From contig CM060733.1 of NCBI GenBank assembly GCA_030704615.1, positions 50,592,001 to 50,656,000 on the forward strand: a stretch of 64,000 nucleotides of DNA. The letters are read 5' to 3'. Source of the stretch: Takakia lepidozioides (Eukaryota > Plantae > Bryophyta). Made by a program: the position numbers and the translations under genes. Below the pieces are notes generated by a model, which was not told the DNA's origin, searched no databases, and saw nothing but the letters and a program-made list of their open reading frames with translations. How positions within the stretch are numbered: the first letter of the stretch is position 1; each line of letters begins with the position of its first letter. Shown here in pieces: positions 35,891 to 49,571 of this stretch.

Positions 35891-37167
35891 TGAGGCCAAC
35901 CCCAAGGACGATCGCGTACTGAACTCTAAGCTCTGATACCAAGTGTCGCGCACCTAACTTCGGTAAGCTCCCCCTCAAGTCATAGTTACTCGCTTTGATG
36001 CGCGCGCCTGACTCCCAACCGGCCGCCGGGCCAACTTGGAGCTTCGGCTGCTCACCGGGACATAACGGTCCCCCTTCGCTCTCCCAAAGACCCTCCACCT
36101 ATTTGGGCCTAGTGGAATTCCCTTTGGTAGATGGCAGTCCGGAACAACTCCCCACTCTTTGGTCGCTTTCCGGCTCGCTCGCTTACTCACTAGTTTTTGG
36201 TCACCAACGGGCTTGCACCGTTCTCGGGGTTACTACTCCCTATATATACTTCTGTAGCTGTCCGAGGGGGTTTCACAACCAGCCATGCCATTTTATGGCG
36301 AACCACCACGAAGACCCTCGACTCCCGGTGGTGAGTCGCGGTGAGTCTTGGCCCTCTCACCACGACCCCCCTTGGGCCGTGATGAGTCCCAAGACTCCCC
36401 ACGACTCCCACCACGAGGTCTCCACCTATGGTGAGTTCTATGCCACCCCCACTAAGACCCGCTAAGCTACCACCCCCCTTGTGGCCACCCCACCGCAACC
36501 CGGTGTGCAGGGCTCCACCTAGTGAGCGCCTCCGCCTCCTTGAGTGCCTTGGACACTCAAGGGTGCTTCAGTCCCCCATACCTATCGCTGCCGCTGCCCC
36601 CCCCACAGGGGCAGCCCCTCATGTGTCCCGACCCCCCGCCCTCAAGGCAAAGGGCCGCGACAAATTGGGAATGCTCATGAGAGAGAAAAGAGATGATGAG
36701 GACTCTGAGGATGAGTCAGATGAGGAAGAAGAGCTGGAGCATAAAAGGAAGAGTAAAAGGAAGGAAAAGATGAAGAGGGATAATTATGAGAAAAGATTAG
36801 AAGAAATCTTGAAAAAGTAGGCCATACCACCACTGAATGCCACATGAAGGAGAAACACTGTAGTTCAACCTTTTTCCAAAATATAATAGGTAGGTAGTTC
36901 AAAGATGTTGGAATCAAAATGTTGAGGGAGTGGAGGGCTTGGTGGTCTGTGGGCTGCTACACTGTGCAAGAGCTGCAGATGTTGTGTATGGAGGTGTCTA
37001 CAACTTGTTTCGGTTAGCGGAAGCTCCATCAATTATGGGTTTTGGCGAGGATGAGTACATCGAAGATGCCAACTCAAACGAGTCTGGTGCAGCATTGACC
37101 ACCCCCTGTCCCCCATCCTTGCATTTTGAAGCGCTCCTTGAGCGATTGATCACCATGCACACCGGCT

Positions 37168-39294
37168 CGGGGCCAGGACGTTGAGGAACCGGTAGCAACG
37201 GCGGTACTAGAAAACGCGAACGTTTGTTGAAGCTCGCAAAGTACAACATAGCCAAAGCTAGGAAACGGTATGAAAGGCAGGCGAATCGGAAGCGGAGGGA
37301 AGTGAAGTTTGAGGCAGGCACGGAGGTCTGGTTGAACATGAAGAATTTCCGACTACCTCCGGAAGTGAGTCCGAAGTTTGTACCTCCGTATGCGGGACCC
37401 TTTCGCATCCGGAAGGTTATGAATGAGGATGTGTATGAATTGGAGCTGCCGGCAAATAGCAAGGTGCATCCGGTGTTCCACGTCTCCCTTTTGAAGCCTT
37501 ACTTCAAAGATGAAGCGCGTCCGAATCGGCATCAAGTGTTGCGTCCGCCACCTGTGCTGTTGGATCATGAAAATGAACCTGAGTACGAGGTGGAGGCAGT
37601 GCTTAAGTCGAGGAGGTTCAAGAACCAAGAAACAGAGTATCTCGTGAAATGGAAGGGCTATCATCATCTGGAGGCATCTTGGGTGCGTGACTCAGAAATG
37701 GGAAATGCATCTGAGGCGGTTGCAGCGTTCAAAAGACGACCTCAAAAGCCGAAGAAGCGTTGATGGGGACATCAACCTTGGAGCGTGGGGGAGGAAATGC
37801 ATGCTTAGTCTGGCTTAGCTAGCTCAGGAATCCGATTGCAAAAACTTGTATTGTACAAATTTTGTTATAAATGAAATGGTTTCCAAATGTTGTGCGTCTT
37901 ATTTTGTTTGGGATGGTGATGCATGGTATGGTTGGCTAGTGTGTAGAAGGGATGCTAGCTTACAAAAGTGAGAGAGGTAAATTGGATTAATCGTGTGTTT
38001 GCGCAGTGCCGAAATCGGGTGACTCCCATCTAAGGGGCAAGGAAACTTGCGCCTCCTTGGGGTTCACGTGCTAGTGCGCACCTGGCACGTGCGCGTACTA
38101 TAACTGCGCTACCGAGGGGGTTGCCTTGTAGTGCGGGCTAACGCGGAAGCTACGTGCTTCCGTTCACGTACTATAATCGTGTAGCCTCAGAACGAAGTCG
38201 TAGTGCGGCTTTGGCGTGTTCACGTATCTCAGGCCAGCATTCCAAAGCGGACCCAATTGTAGTGATTGGCGCGCACGGTTGGTTCAAGGTTATCTTCCTA
38301 GTCAAAAAGGGTTCAAGGTGATGCCAAAAACGGCATATGAGTGGTCACAAGCAATGTTGTTGCAGTAAGGCGATTCGATCCTCAAGGAGGATCGTTCCTT
38401 GGCCTTGAAGTAGACCAAGAAGAGTGCACTGGGAGGAGCTTGAGAGGCTCCACCCTTGGCCGGGACTTGGAGGAAGTCGGCCTAGCTAGTGGAGAGTAGA
38501 GTCAAGTGTGGGGTTTGGTTCTTTGCCATGGGACGCCATGGTACGGAAACAAACTCCTTGATGTGGGACGCCACAACTTGGATGTTCGTTTCTACAAAAT
38601 GGACAAGTCGATGAGGACATCGATTCCCTATTGGTAGGGGTGTGTGTCGCGGCCCTTTGCCTTGAGGGCAGGGGGGGTCGGGACACAAGAGGGGCTGCCC
38701 CTGTGGTGGGGGCAGTTGCAGCGATAGGTACGGGGGGCTGAAGCACCCTTGAGTGCCCAAGGCACTCAAGGAGGCGGAGGCGCTCACTAGGTGGAGCCTC
38801 GCACACCGGGTTGCGGTGGGGGTGGCTCCACAAGGGGTGGTGGTAACTTAGCGGGACTCCAATGGGGCCGTGGTGGGTGGGTCAAGACTCACCGCGACTC
38901 ATCACCGGGAGTCGAGGGTCTTCGTGGTGGTTTGCCATAAAAAGGCATGATCGTTTGTGAAACCCCCGCGGACAGTCACATAAGTATATATAGGGGGAGT
39001 AGTAACCCCGAGAACGGTGCAAGCCCATTGGTGACTAAAAACTAGTGAGTAAGCGAGCGAGCCGGAAAGCGACTAAGGAGTGGGGAGCTATTCCGGACTG
39101 TCATCTACCAAAGGGAATTTCCACTAGGCCCAAATCGGTGGAGGGTCTTTTGGAAGAGTAAAGGGGGACCGTTATGTCCCGGTGAGCAGCCGAAGCTCCA
39201 GGTTGGCCCGACAGCCAGGTTGGGAGTTAGGCGTACGCATCAAAGCGAGTAACTATGACTTAAAGGGGAGCTTACCGAAGTGAGGTGCACGACA
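37168..39294 (+). mobile_element. Partial chromovirus copy (INT C-terminus/chromodomain 37224-37763, 3' region, 3' LTR 38645-39294)
   Basis: Reverse-complement homolog of 29736-31890. Confidence 0.93.
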
Positions 39295-39742
39295 GTACGT
39301 GCAATGATATCAACATCATATTGTGTTGCAGTTGTTATTCGAAACCGATTTAATATATCGATGAATTGTACATCATATTGATACATTACTTCTTATTCGT
39401 AACATTTTGTACTAGTGATGCTTGATAAAAATCTCCAGTAGCAATAACATCAAGATTGCCAAAAGATGTATAATTCTGTATTTAGATAATTGATCTTAAC
39501 CTTGATTCTTTAAAATTTGCAAGTATTGTGTGAGTGTAGCAGAACAACTGCAAAAACACAATAGTAGAGCCCAGCCAAGAGAGAGAGAGAGAGCTGAACG
39601 AAGCCTACCCAAATGTCAACATGACCAAGCTTGCTCTTAGCCATATTTGTGCTTCTAAGTTTTTCACATCTCGAAATATAATGGGGGAGATTTGGTTAAT
39701 ATCTTTATCGGGGTTGCATTGAGAGATGTGTATATGAATATC

Positions 39743-41190
39743 GAGGTTAGATATTTCATGAGCATGAGCAGCAAGAGCGGAAGTAGCAAGACAATTGGTT
39801 TTCATGAGCAGAAGTACAATTTCCGGAAACATACAAAACATTATTTTAATGGAATGTGTCAGAACAAAACCAATATATTATTCATTGTTTGAAGGGAAAA
39901 TTGTAGTTTTGAGAGCCATGCTCATGATATTTCGTCTTCCGCTCATGCGACTTCCGAGCTACATCTGCAAAAATGGCGCCGAATTTCGCGGTAATAGGGT
40001 CCGGATCCGGAAAAATCTGCAACGTATTTCGCGGTAATAGGTGTCTCCGGAGAAAAAAAGTGCCGAATTTTGCGGCTATAGGTCCCCAAATGACAGGTTT
40101 GTAACCCAACATTTGGAAATGTGGCGCCGAATTTCAGTTCATGGTGCCGGGGATTGCAAAGATGTTGGGCAGTTCTGGGCCATGTAACTGGAAATTCGGC
40201 GTCGTTTTTCCATATATGGTTCTCGTGCATGTTGGGACTTAGCCAGTTTTCGGCCCAAAATAGGGAAATTCGGCGCCATTTTTCCAGACATGGTTCCCGT
40301 GCATGTTGGGACTTAGCCAGTTTTCGGCCCAAAATAAGGAAATTTGGCGCCATTTTTCCAGAAATGGCCTTACAACTGCTACTGTTGGAACTCAGTTTTC
40401 TGGAATATTGCCTCTCATTCCAGGAGTGGTGGGGTGCATTTCATTACTATGCAAAACAAAGTCATGCATCAAAATGCAATTGAAAATATCCATATGGTGG
40501 ATTCCCTTTGCCCCATCAATGATTTCTGGAATCCCTAAGGAGGAGTTTGGGCAGCTCGTTCACGCTCAACGCTGGTGCATGAATAAAGTCATGAATAGTC
40601 AAGTTCATCCTCAACCTCTTCAGGTGAATGTAATACAAATGCTTGCACGGATAATACTTTGAACCCTTCTTGGCTTCCATCAATGAGAAGTCCGTACAAT
40701 TGCAAGTCGGCTCCACTCCAATCGTAATTGTGTATACGTCGTCGCGTACAGTTGAGCTGGCCGTTGCCATCCGATAAACATGCCCAAGGCCGGGTGGGGG
40801 TACGTCCACGGAGCTCTGAATAGTGCAAGCCATCCCAAGAGCATTGGCAATCCGAGTCTCATTCAACTTGTTGGGAGGGTGTCCTCTCTTCACTCTTCCA
40901 AATCGCATTGTGGATGTGCAGAATTGTCCAATCCGTCTCTACTTGACCGAGCAGTATGCAATGGTTGGGTCTGAGGAACTAGAAATGCGTGGGTTGGGAT
41001 GTCTGTCCGTTGCACCATTCGAAATCTTGCTGCAGAAAGAGCATCCGCCTCATGCTGAGAGAGGTTGCAACCCAGTGTAATAGGCCAGATACCCGCAGGC
41101 TCCGGCATTCACTGAATCCCGTACTTGGGCTTGCCAAATACACAGGTCATTATGTCGTGCCTACAGAACCAAAATGTCTGCGTTGTGGCG
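39743..41190 (-). mobile_element. MULE-ParB-MTase family copy 3: TIR plus transposase C-terminus (SWIM, 40516-41190)
   Basis: TIR GAGGTTAGATATTTCATGAGC; homologous to 15050-16490; cut by an LTR at 41191. Confidence 0.88.
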
Positions 41191-43060
41191 TGTCGCGCAC
41201 CTCACTTTGGTAAGCTCCCCTTCAAGTCATAGTTACTCGCTTTGATGCGCGCGCCTGACTCCCAACCTGGCCGCCGGGCCAACTTGGAGCTTCGGCCGCT
41301 CATCGGGACATAACGGTCCCCATTTGCTCTCCCAAAAGACCCTCCACCAATTTGGGCCTAGTGGGAATTCCCTTTTGGTAGATGGCAGTCCGGAATAGCT
41401 CCCCACTCCTTGGTCGCTTTCCGGTTCGCTCGCTTACTCACTAGTTTTTGGTCACCAACGGGCTTGCACCGTTCTCGGGGTTACTACTCCCTATATATAC
41501 TTCTGTGACTGTCCGCGGGGGTTTCACAAACAACCATGCCATTTTATGGCGAACCACCACGAAGACCCTCGACTACCGGTGATGAGTCGCGATGAGTCTT
41601 GGCCTACCCACCACGGCCCCATTGGGCTATGATGAGTCCCAAGACTCCCCACGACTCCCACCACGAGGTCTTCACCCCATGGTGAGTCCTATGCCACCCC
41701 CACTAAGTCCCGCTAAGCTACCACCACCCCTTGTGGAGCCACCCCCACCGCAACCCGATATGCGGAGCTCCACCTAGTGAGCGCCTCCGCCTCCATGAGT
41801 GCCTTGGGCACTCAAGGGTGCTTCAGCCCCCCGTACCTATCGCTGCCACTGCCCCCACCACAGCGGCAGCCCCTCCTGCGTCCCAGTCCCATGCCCTCAA
41901 GGCAAAGGGCCGCGACACACACCCCTACCAACAGGGAGTCAATGTCCTCATCGACTTGTCCATTTTGTAGAAACGAACATCCAAGTTGTGGCGTCCCACA
42001 TCAAGGAGTTTGTTTCCGTACCATGGTGTCCCATGGCAAAGAACCAAACCCCACACTTGACTCTACTCTCCACTAGCTAGTTCGGCCAACTTCATCCAAG
42101 TCCCAGCCAAGGGTGGAGCCTCTCAAGCTCCTCCCAATGCACTCCTCTTGGCCTACTTCAAGGCCAAGGAACGATCCTCCCCGAGGATCGAATCGCCTTA
42201 CTACAACAACATTGCTTGCGACTGCTCATGATGCCGCTTTTGGCATCACCTTGAGCAAAGGTACACCCCGAACCCTCTTTGACTAGGAAGATAACCTTGA
42301 ATCAACCGTGCGCCCCAATCACTACAATTGGGTCCGCCTTGGAATGCTGGCCTGAGATACGGGAACACGCCGAAGCCGCACTACGACTTCGTCCCAAGGC
42401 TACACGATTATAGTACGTGAACGAAAGCATGTAGCTTCTGCGTTAACCCACACTACAAGGCAACCCCCTCGGTAGCGCAGTTATAGTACGCACACGCGCC
42501 AGGTGTGCACTAGCACGTGAACTCCCAAAGAAGGCGCAAGTTTCCTTGCCCCTTGGATGGGAGTCACCCGATTTCGGCACTGCACAAACACACGATTAAT
42601 CCAATTTACCTCTCCCACTTTTGTAAGCTAGCATGCATTCTACACACTAACCAACCATACCATGCATCACCATTCCAAACAAAATAAGAGGCGCAACATT
42701 CGGAAACCATTTATAACAAAATTTGTACAGCACAAGTTTTTTTTGCAATCGGATTTCCTGAGCTAGCTAAGTCGGGCTAAGCATGCATTTCCTCCCCCAC
42801 AATCCAAGATGTCCCCATCAATGCTTCTTCCGCTTTTGAGGCCGCCCTTCGACGCTGCAACCGCCTCGGACGCGTTTGCCATTTCTGAGGCATGCACCCA
42901 AGATGCCTCCACATGATGATAGCCCTTCCATTTCACGAGATACTCCGTTTCTCGGTTCTTGAACCTCCTCGACTTGAGCACTACCTCCACCTCGTACTCA
43001 GGTTCATTTTCATGATCCAACAGCATAGGTGGCGGACGCAACACTTGATGCCGATTCGGC
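41191..43060 (-). mobile_element. Partial chromovirus copy (3' LTR 41191-41917, 3' region, chromodomain)
   Basis: Direct homolog of 29736-31600. Confidence 0.93.
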
Positions 43061-43930
43061 CATGGACCTCTTTGCCCTTTTCCAGGGTTGCGAGGCGTGC
43101 TCATGCATTGCAAATGCAAACGTGATGTGGTCGGGCTCCCCTTCCGCACCCCTTCTGCCATCATTTGATCGTAGGTCTCCAAAGCCTTATTCCTGCGGCC
43201 TTGTTGTGCATACCCCGCAAAGCATCGTTCAGCCATACCATTGCAAACTCCCTTCGCATCCTCGATGCACCCACATTTTGCATACATGTCCCACGAGGGT
43301 ATTGTTCATAATGACGTCGGGTACAATTCCAGCTCTGATGATGTCACCATGAACCTCTTTGCCCTTTTCCAGGGCTGCAGGCTCGCACAGGCATTGCATA
43401 TACAAACGAACGTGACCAGGTCTGGTGTTACCCCTCCCCGCATCATTTGCTCATAAGTCTCCAATGCCTCCATCCCACATCCATGCTAGGGAATATCCCG
43501 CGATCATCACACACTCCAGGACACAACATTTTGTTCAGCCATATTCTCAAACACTCCCTTTGTATCCTCAATACTGCCACATTTGGCATACATGTCCACG
43601 AGGGTATTGTTCAGAATGACATCGGGTACAATTCCAAATTTGACAATGGCACCATGGACCTTTTACCCTTCTCCAGGGCTGCCAGGCTCGCACACACATT
43701 GCAAACACAAACGAACATGACCCGGTCCGACCTCACCCCTTCTCGCATTATTTACTCATAGGTCTTCGAAGCCTCTATACCACACCCCTGCTGTGCATAT
43801 CCTCGCCCTTCCTGCATCATTTGTTCAAGAATAAGCTCAAGAAAGGTGCATCAGTTGCTCAAGAATAGGTCGCAAAGCCTCAATCCCACGCCCCTGCATT
43901 GCATATCTTGCGATCATCCGTTCCATGACA
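43061..43930 (-). pseudogene. PLS-class pentatricopeptide repeat gene fragment
   Basis: MYAKCG.IEDA..V, GYAQQG...ALE.Y.QM..EGV and repeated PD.VTFVC.L.AC..L.ALEKGK.VH motifs, with frameshifts. Confidence 0.85.
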
Positions 43931-43954
43931 CAAGTTCTCACTGCTTCGGCTTGA

Positions 43955-44528
43955 TACTACAAAAACATATGGTAGTGCAGGAGACAAAAGGAGGCTAAAG
44001 TCCCAGCCCTATGTGTTCACGGCTGAACGTGGGCAACCCTAAAGCAATTTTTTGAATTTTTTTAACTTTTTGTACTTTGTGTCATTCCATTGACACAAGT
44101 GCTTCATTAAATATAGATGGATGAGGTCATCCAATGGATGAACCCATTCATGTATATGCCTTAAGATGCCACGTGTGGTGATGTAGTCATATAAATATAG
44201 CTATAATACCTCCTGTAGTCATGTAGTCATAAGTTTCTATGGCATGTCGTGGTAGTGGTATAGTCATTTAGTCATAAGCTTATATGGCACGTGTTTGACG
44301 TGTAGTATTGCGTATGACTACTAGTTATATAAACTAAGCCTATGTTCTTGGTCAACAATGTTTGACCGCGGCTCCTGGTCATGTAGTAAAATGTGTGACT
44401 GCATTAGATTAAAATATATTAAAATATGCCCAACAATGAGTTTCATCACTTCGTAGTTACATATATATAGTCATTGTTACCCAGGTTTATATCACCCGTA
44501 GTCATAAAAACGTTAATCTGTAGTAGTG
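43955..44528. mobile_element. CACTA-like terminal fragment
   Basis: Ends in TAGTAGTG at 44528, abutting LRR sequence; clustered GTAGTCAT subterminal repeats at 44180-44510; left boundary uncertain. Confidence 0.5.
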
Positions 44529-45291
44529 TATGTTGGAGCAACCCTCAAGGTAAAAGAGTCTGGCAAGCCTTTGAGTGCGGTACAATTCTTGAGCCACAGT
44601 CTTCGGAGATGAATCAATGCTCCAACGGAATCAGGCAAGCTCTCCAAGCTGGTACAAGAGTCTAGGTCCAACTCTTCGAGCTCTTTCAACAATCCCAAGC
44701 AGTGAGGCAACGCTTGCATGTTGTAACAACCCTCAAGATAAAAAAAATCTTAACACTTCAAGATTACCAATGGAGTCTGGCAGGCCTTTGAGTGCAGTAC
44801 AATTCTTGAGCCACAGTCTTCGGAGATGAATCAATGCTCCGACATAATCAGGCAAGCTCTCCAAGCTCGTACAAGAGTCTAGGTCCAACTCTTCAAGCTT
44901 TTTGAAAAGTCCCAAGCTGTCAGGCAATGCTTGTATGTTGGAGAAACCCTCAAGGTAAAAGAATCTTAACACTTCAAGATTACCAATGGAGTCTGGCAGG
45001 CCTTTGAGAGCTTTACAATTCTGCAGCCACAGTCTTCGGAGATGAATCAATGATCCTACGGAATCAGGGCAAGCTCTCCAAGCTGGTCAAGAGTCTAGGT
45101 CCAACTCTTCGACTCTTTCAACAGTCCCAGATAGTCAGGCAATGCATATATGTTGAAGCAACTCTCAAGGGAAAAGAATCTTAACACTTCAAGATTATCA
45201 GTGGAGTCTGGTACACCTTTGAGTGTTGTACAATTCCTGAACCACAATTTTTGGAGATAAGTCAATTCTCCGATGGAATCAGGCAAGCTCT
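44529..45291 (-). pseudogene. NLR-type leucine-rich repeat fragment (72-aa units of 3 LRRs)
   Basis: LRRLWLKNCTALKGLPDSIGNL...LEELDLDSCTSLESLPD repeated about every 216 bp. Confidence 0.88.
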
Positions 45292-48200
45292 CACTAGAAG
45301 AAAAACGTGGAATAACCACTGGCCCTTTAACCACTACTGTCTTTTTCCACTCTATAAACCAGTAGTAACCACTTGCCAGTGGTTAATCCCAATGAAATGC
45401 CACGGTGGCATCACATACAATGGTTGGAAGTGGTTTCAACCACTCAGTAGTCCACGTGTAATAATTTGTTTTTATTTATTTATTATTTATTTGGTAATAT
45501 ATTTTAATTAATTAATATAATATTCCACGTGGACGAGTGCAGTGGTACATTGTGAGTGGTTATAGACACCTCAGTGATGGGAAGTGGTTGAAACCACTTG
45601 CTACTCCACGTGTAATAATTCAAATTTTATTTGTGATTTATGATTTGGAAATATATTTTAATTCATAAATATAATATTCCACATGGACGGGGACAGTGCA
45701 TGTTGATCTTGAGTGGTTAAAGACACCTCATTGATTTGTACCACTTTGACAGTGGTGGAGAGTGGGTGGTGAAAGATACTGCAGTAATTGGAACCACTAT
45801 TCTAGTGGTTGCTCATGAGTGGTTGCCTACAGACAAGTGATTGGTACCACCTTTTGGGTGATACATGAAGAAATTTAAGTGGTTTGTGTAGCTGTGACAA
45901 ACTTTGAAAAACAGACAAGTGGCCATACCATTGTGACATGATGCTATTGAACAAATGATTCCAACAATAAACTTTATTTTCATATTCGTCACCCTCTGAA
46001 TCACTTTGCTCAACTGGAATAGTGGTCGGTTGCACAAACGCCGCTTGAATGGTGGCCAACATAGCCAGGTTTTCCTTATTTAGAGCCGTGGCACCATCTA
46101 ATGACCTAGGTATTGGCTGATTTGATAAGGTGGACGGTGCCTGAAGGCCATCGAAATCTGCATTTTCTCCAATGTCACAATGATCTATGTCCGCTACAAT
46201 CCTTTTTGCTCTTGGATCCTTCCAAAGGACTACCTTCCACCCTGAACTTGGGGACTCATCCGAAAAGAACACCTATTCAACTTGAGATGGAAAGATGAAC
46301 GGCTGATCATTGACGGGTAACATCCTCCCAAAATTTGCAAGTAGCTAGAAAACCATACGAATCCCGCTTCATTGTAGCATTTTGTCCAACGAGGTTGGCC
46401 CTCACCCAAGCACAACGAAATACAATGGGGTGCACTTGTCCATAATCCAATTTGAAGATCTCTTTGATGACCCCAATGTACTCCAATGGTGACATGACTG
46501 GATTTCTATCACGCACACTATTTTTGCTCTGTTGCTGGAAGACGGATGCAACTCCGGAATCAAAAGAGACAAGAAGACGACTTTCCGTATCATCCACTCG
46601 ATAATGATTTCCATATGCCTTCATGCCACGAAATGAAGCTGATCTCAATGAGGGGGGAATAGACAAATGAATTACATCTGTATCCTCAACACCATGCTCA
46701 GAGACATGGGCCTGGACTGCACAGCGTATCCATACCGGTAGGGGTGGAAACTCTAACAAATGGGGAGGGTATGGCACCGGAAGGCGGTGGTGACGTCGAC
46801 GATTGGCACGCCACTCACGAGCACATGCCTCTCTGTCTGCAGTGAACTGTGCCTTCTCTGTTGCATACTTTCTGTCACAAAATGACAACAAGAATGACAC
46901 ATGTTAGCAATGAAGTGTTGCATTACTTTGCAAAAAAAACCTAGCATGAATGATACTTTGAAAACCACTGGATGAGTGAGCAGAATGACTTGTAAATGAA
47001 CATGCTCTTCCAAAAAGTCACTCACTTAGACATTCAGTTACTACAGAAGTGGTTATCATCACGATGAACCACTGACATTTGTGACTTTGTGGGTGACTCT
47101 ATTACACTGGTGACAGTCACAATTGCATTTGAACTTAATATGAATAAGGTGCAATGAAAAGAAGAACTCGCTGCACCCAAGGAACCATCACATTGGTATT
47201 GTTCAGTACATACAAATGTGTTGCATCTCTCTCAGCTCCACTCATGTCCCGCTTTTTGCCGACACCTTTCAAGACCTCGTTCTCAACCCCTTCCTCCGCA
47301 TTTGCATCCCAAATCCGCCGTTGAGTTGCATCAAATGATTGCATATACTCACTCATGAACCCAATGGTCTCATCAAGAACATACCCTGCAGCCATACTCC
47401 TTTCTGGCTTTGCGTAATTCCTAACGTATCCCTTGAGATCTTTCATATAACGCTCCATGGGATACATCCACCGTGAAGACACTGGACCACATGTGTCTAG
47501 TCCGTCTACGAGATGAACTAGCAAATGGGTCATGACATCAAAGAAAGAAGGGGGGAACTCTTTCTCTAACAGACACAAGGTTATAGCAACATCTTTACGC
47601 AATGAATCTATTTCGTTAGGGTCCCATACTTTGGCACAAATCCGGCGGAAAATGCGACTCACACGCATAATGACCCCACGTGGGCCTGGAGCCATGCAAT
47701 GGCGAATACACACAGGTAAAATCTGTTGCATTAAAATATGATCATCATGGGACTTCATACTCGTCAAATGTTTCCTAGACGGGTGTGTGTGTTTTTGAAA
47801 TGCACCTGCAATCCCGAAGGAGTTTTGATAGCCCCCAAAGTATCAAGAAATATCGTGATTTCAGCGGGAGTGAGAACATACGGTGCTGCTGGTTTCATGA
47901 TACATGAAGGGTTTTGTGATCAGGCCAAAGCCACAAGTGACGTCTGATGCCGATTACCTCCATGTCGTTCCTCACCTTCACCATGTCATTCCGTCCGAAA
48001 ATCGTCTTCAACAAGTTTTCACAAAAAATCTTTTCGCAATGCATGGGATCCAGTAAGTAGCAATTGGTGACACCATTTCAGGAACATTCCGATAGATTGC
48101 AGTCCTATACAAATCAAATTCCTTTATGAGCACTATATACTTCCATGTCTAAAGTGGCTGTGATGTATGGCAGTCCCTCCTCAGTGGTTCAAACAACTCA

Positions 48201-48500
48201 TTTAGTACATTATTAGCCTCTCAAGTGATGTCAACAACTTCCTGAGCATCATGGATACTACCTTTTACCACTCCACGAGTTATTAATGTGAAGTCCAATT
48301 TATATGCAGTACTGCTACTTTACCACTCGGAAAGTAAGAAATAACCACTACAGGGGCACTACCTTTTCCATTTACAAAGAACATTGAACTTAAACAAGTA
48401 CAAGTGTAGGGGGTACCTTCCAGTATGGTAAATCCCATAGGCAGCTGCGCCTTTTGATACCATGAACCTTGATTGGATGAACTTCAACATCAAGAAAAGC
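45292..48500 (-). mobile_element. CACTA (En/Spm) transposon: 3' end plus C-terminal transposase (Transposase_21 family) exons ~45800-48480
   Basis: CACTAGAAG at 45292; AACCACT/AGTGGTT subterminal repeats; MKSHD.HILMQ..LP, FPPSFFDVMTHL.VHL, RWMYP.ERYMK.LK.YVRN; truncated by MULE copy 2. Confidence 0.9.
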
Positions 48501-49002
48501 GAGGTTTACTATTTCATGAGCCCATGAGCCCATGAGCCTATGAGCCTATGAGCTCATGAGCGGGCATCCGCGGAATTGGAATTTTCGTGCCTTTATTGAC
48601 GGTGTTATGTCCTCTTACCTCGATAATAGGGTCTGTTTCTCCTGGTCCAGGATGCGGAATGAGGTATTTCGGCGCCGTTATTCCACGTCACCACTGTAAA
48701 ACATTGTGCAGGACAGGAAAGGGACACAAAATTGTAGCCCTCACAAGCCATTGTGCTGACAAGGTAATATATTCAGGGTCAGACGACAGTTGAACTTGCA
48801 AACCCCAATCAACTCAACATCAAGCCCACATTGACATGACGCTCGAAATAAAAACATCAGGCAACCACAAGTTTTTATTTTGTACAACGACTACTCCGAG
48901 CTTCCATCATCAGAAATACCACTGCGGCATAAGAAACCTGTGGAACTACCATATCCCGGAGCCTGTGCCCTCCAATCACCCTCCACAATGATCCTTACCG
49001 CG

Positions 49003-49571
49003 CTATGCTGCTGAATTGACATCCACAACACGAACCACCGAGTCGTCGAACCACAGGTCCAGAATTAGAAGTGGTGCGGTAGTCGTCCACTGCGCATTGC
49101 CGTTTTCTGGATTAAGATGGCGAACATAAAGATACAAGATATCTATAGAGGTCACATTCGTGAAAACATGCAGATTTGGAGGCCTCCTATTGGGATCTCC
49201 TCCACAGCGTCGTGAAATTCGCAAACATCTAGGACAAACCTGTTCCGATTCTCCCTTAGTGTCAACAATATATTCCCTGGCCCAGAAAAGTGAGTGAGCA
49301 ACTCAAGAGCCCTATCCGGGAGCAAATATTGTGGTAGTGCAATATAGTTATGGTAGTAAGACCTCCAGAACTTGCCGCAGCAACATCTCATGATGAAGAG
49401 ACGAACACTCCGTCTTCCAGGTCTATCTTGCACAACAAGTATCCACTGTTGTCCACTGGCAGGCCTCACCCAAAGAGAATCCCACAGAAGTGCTCGGAAA
49501 CTCGTCACCCTGCGTGTACCTTCACTGAAGTCCAACTCCACCATAATGTCTCCCATCACCGGCTCACGCAA
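49003..49571 (-). CDS. Unknown ORF(s) inside copy 2 between the TIR and the ParB-MTase 3' end
   Basis: Overlapping ORFs 49152-49571 and 49003-49224; no motif recognised. Confidence 0.3.

Larger units (their letters stand above)
29736..36662 (-). mobile_element. Full-length Ty3/Gypsy chromovirus LTR retrotransposon with an internal inversion
   Basis: LTRs 35944-36662 and 29736-30457 (TGTCGC...GCGACA, nearly identical); TSD AATTG (29731-29735, 36663-36667); PBS TGGTATCAGAGC (35930-35941, iMet); PPT; gag-CCHC-PR-RT-RH-INT-chromo order. Confidence 0.97.
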
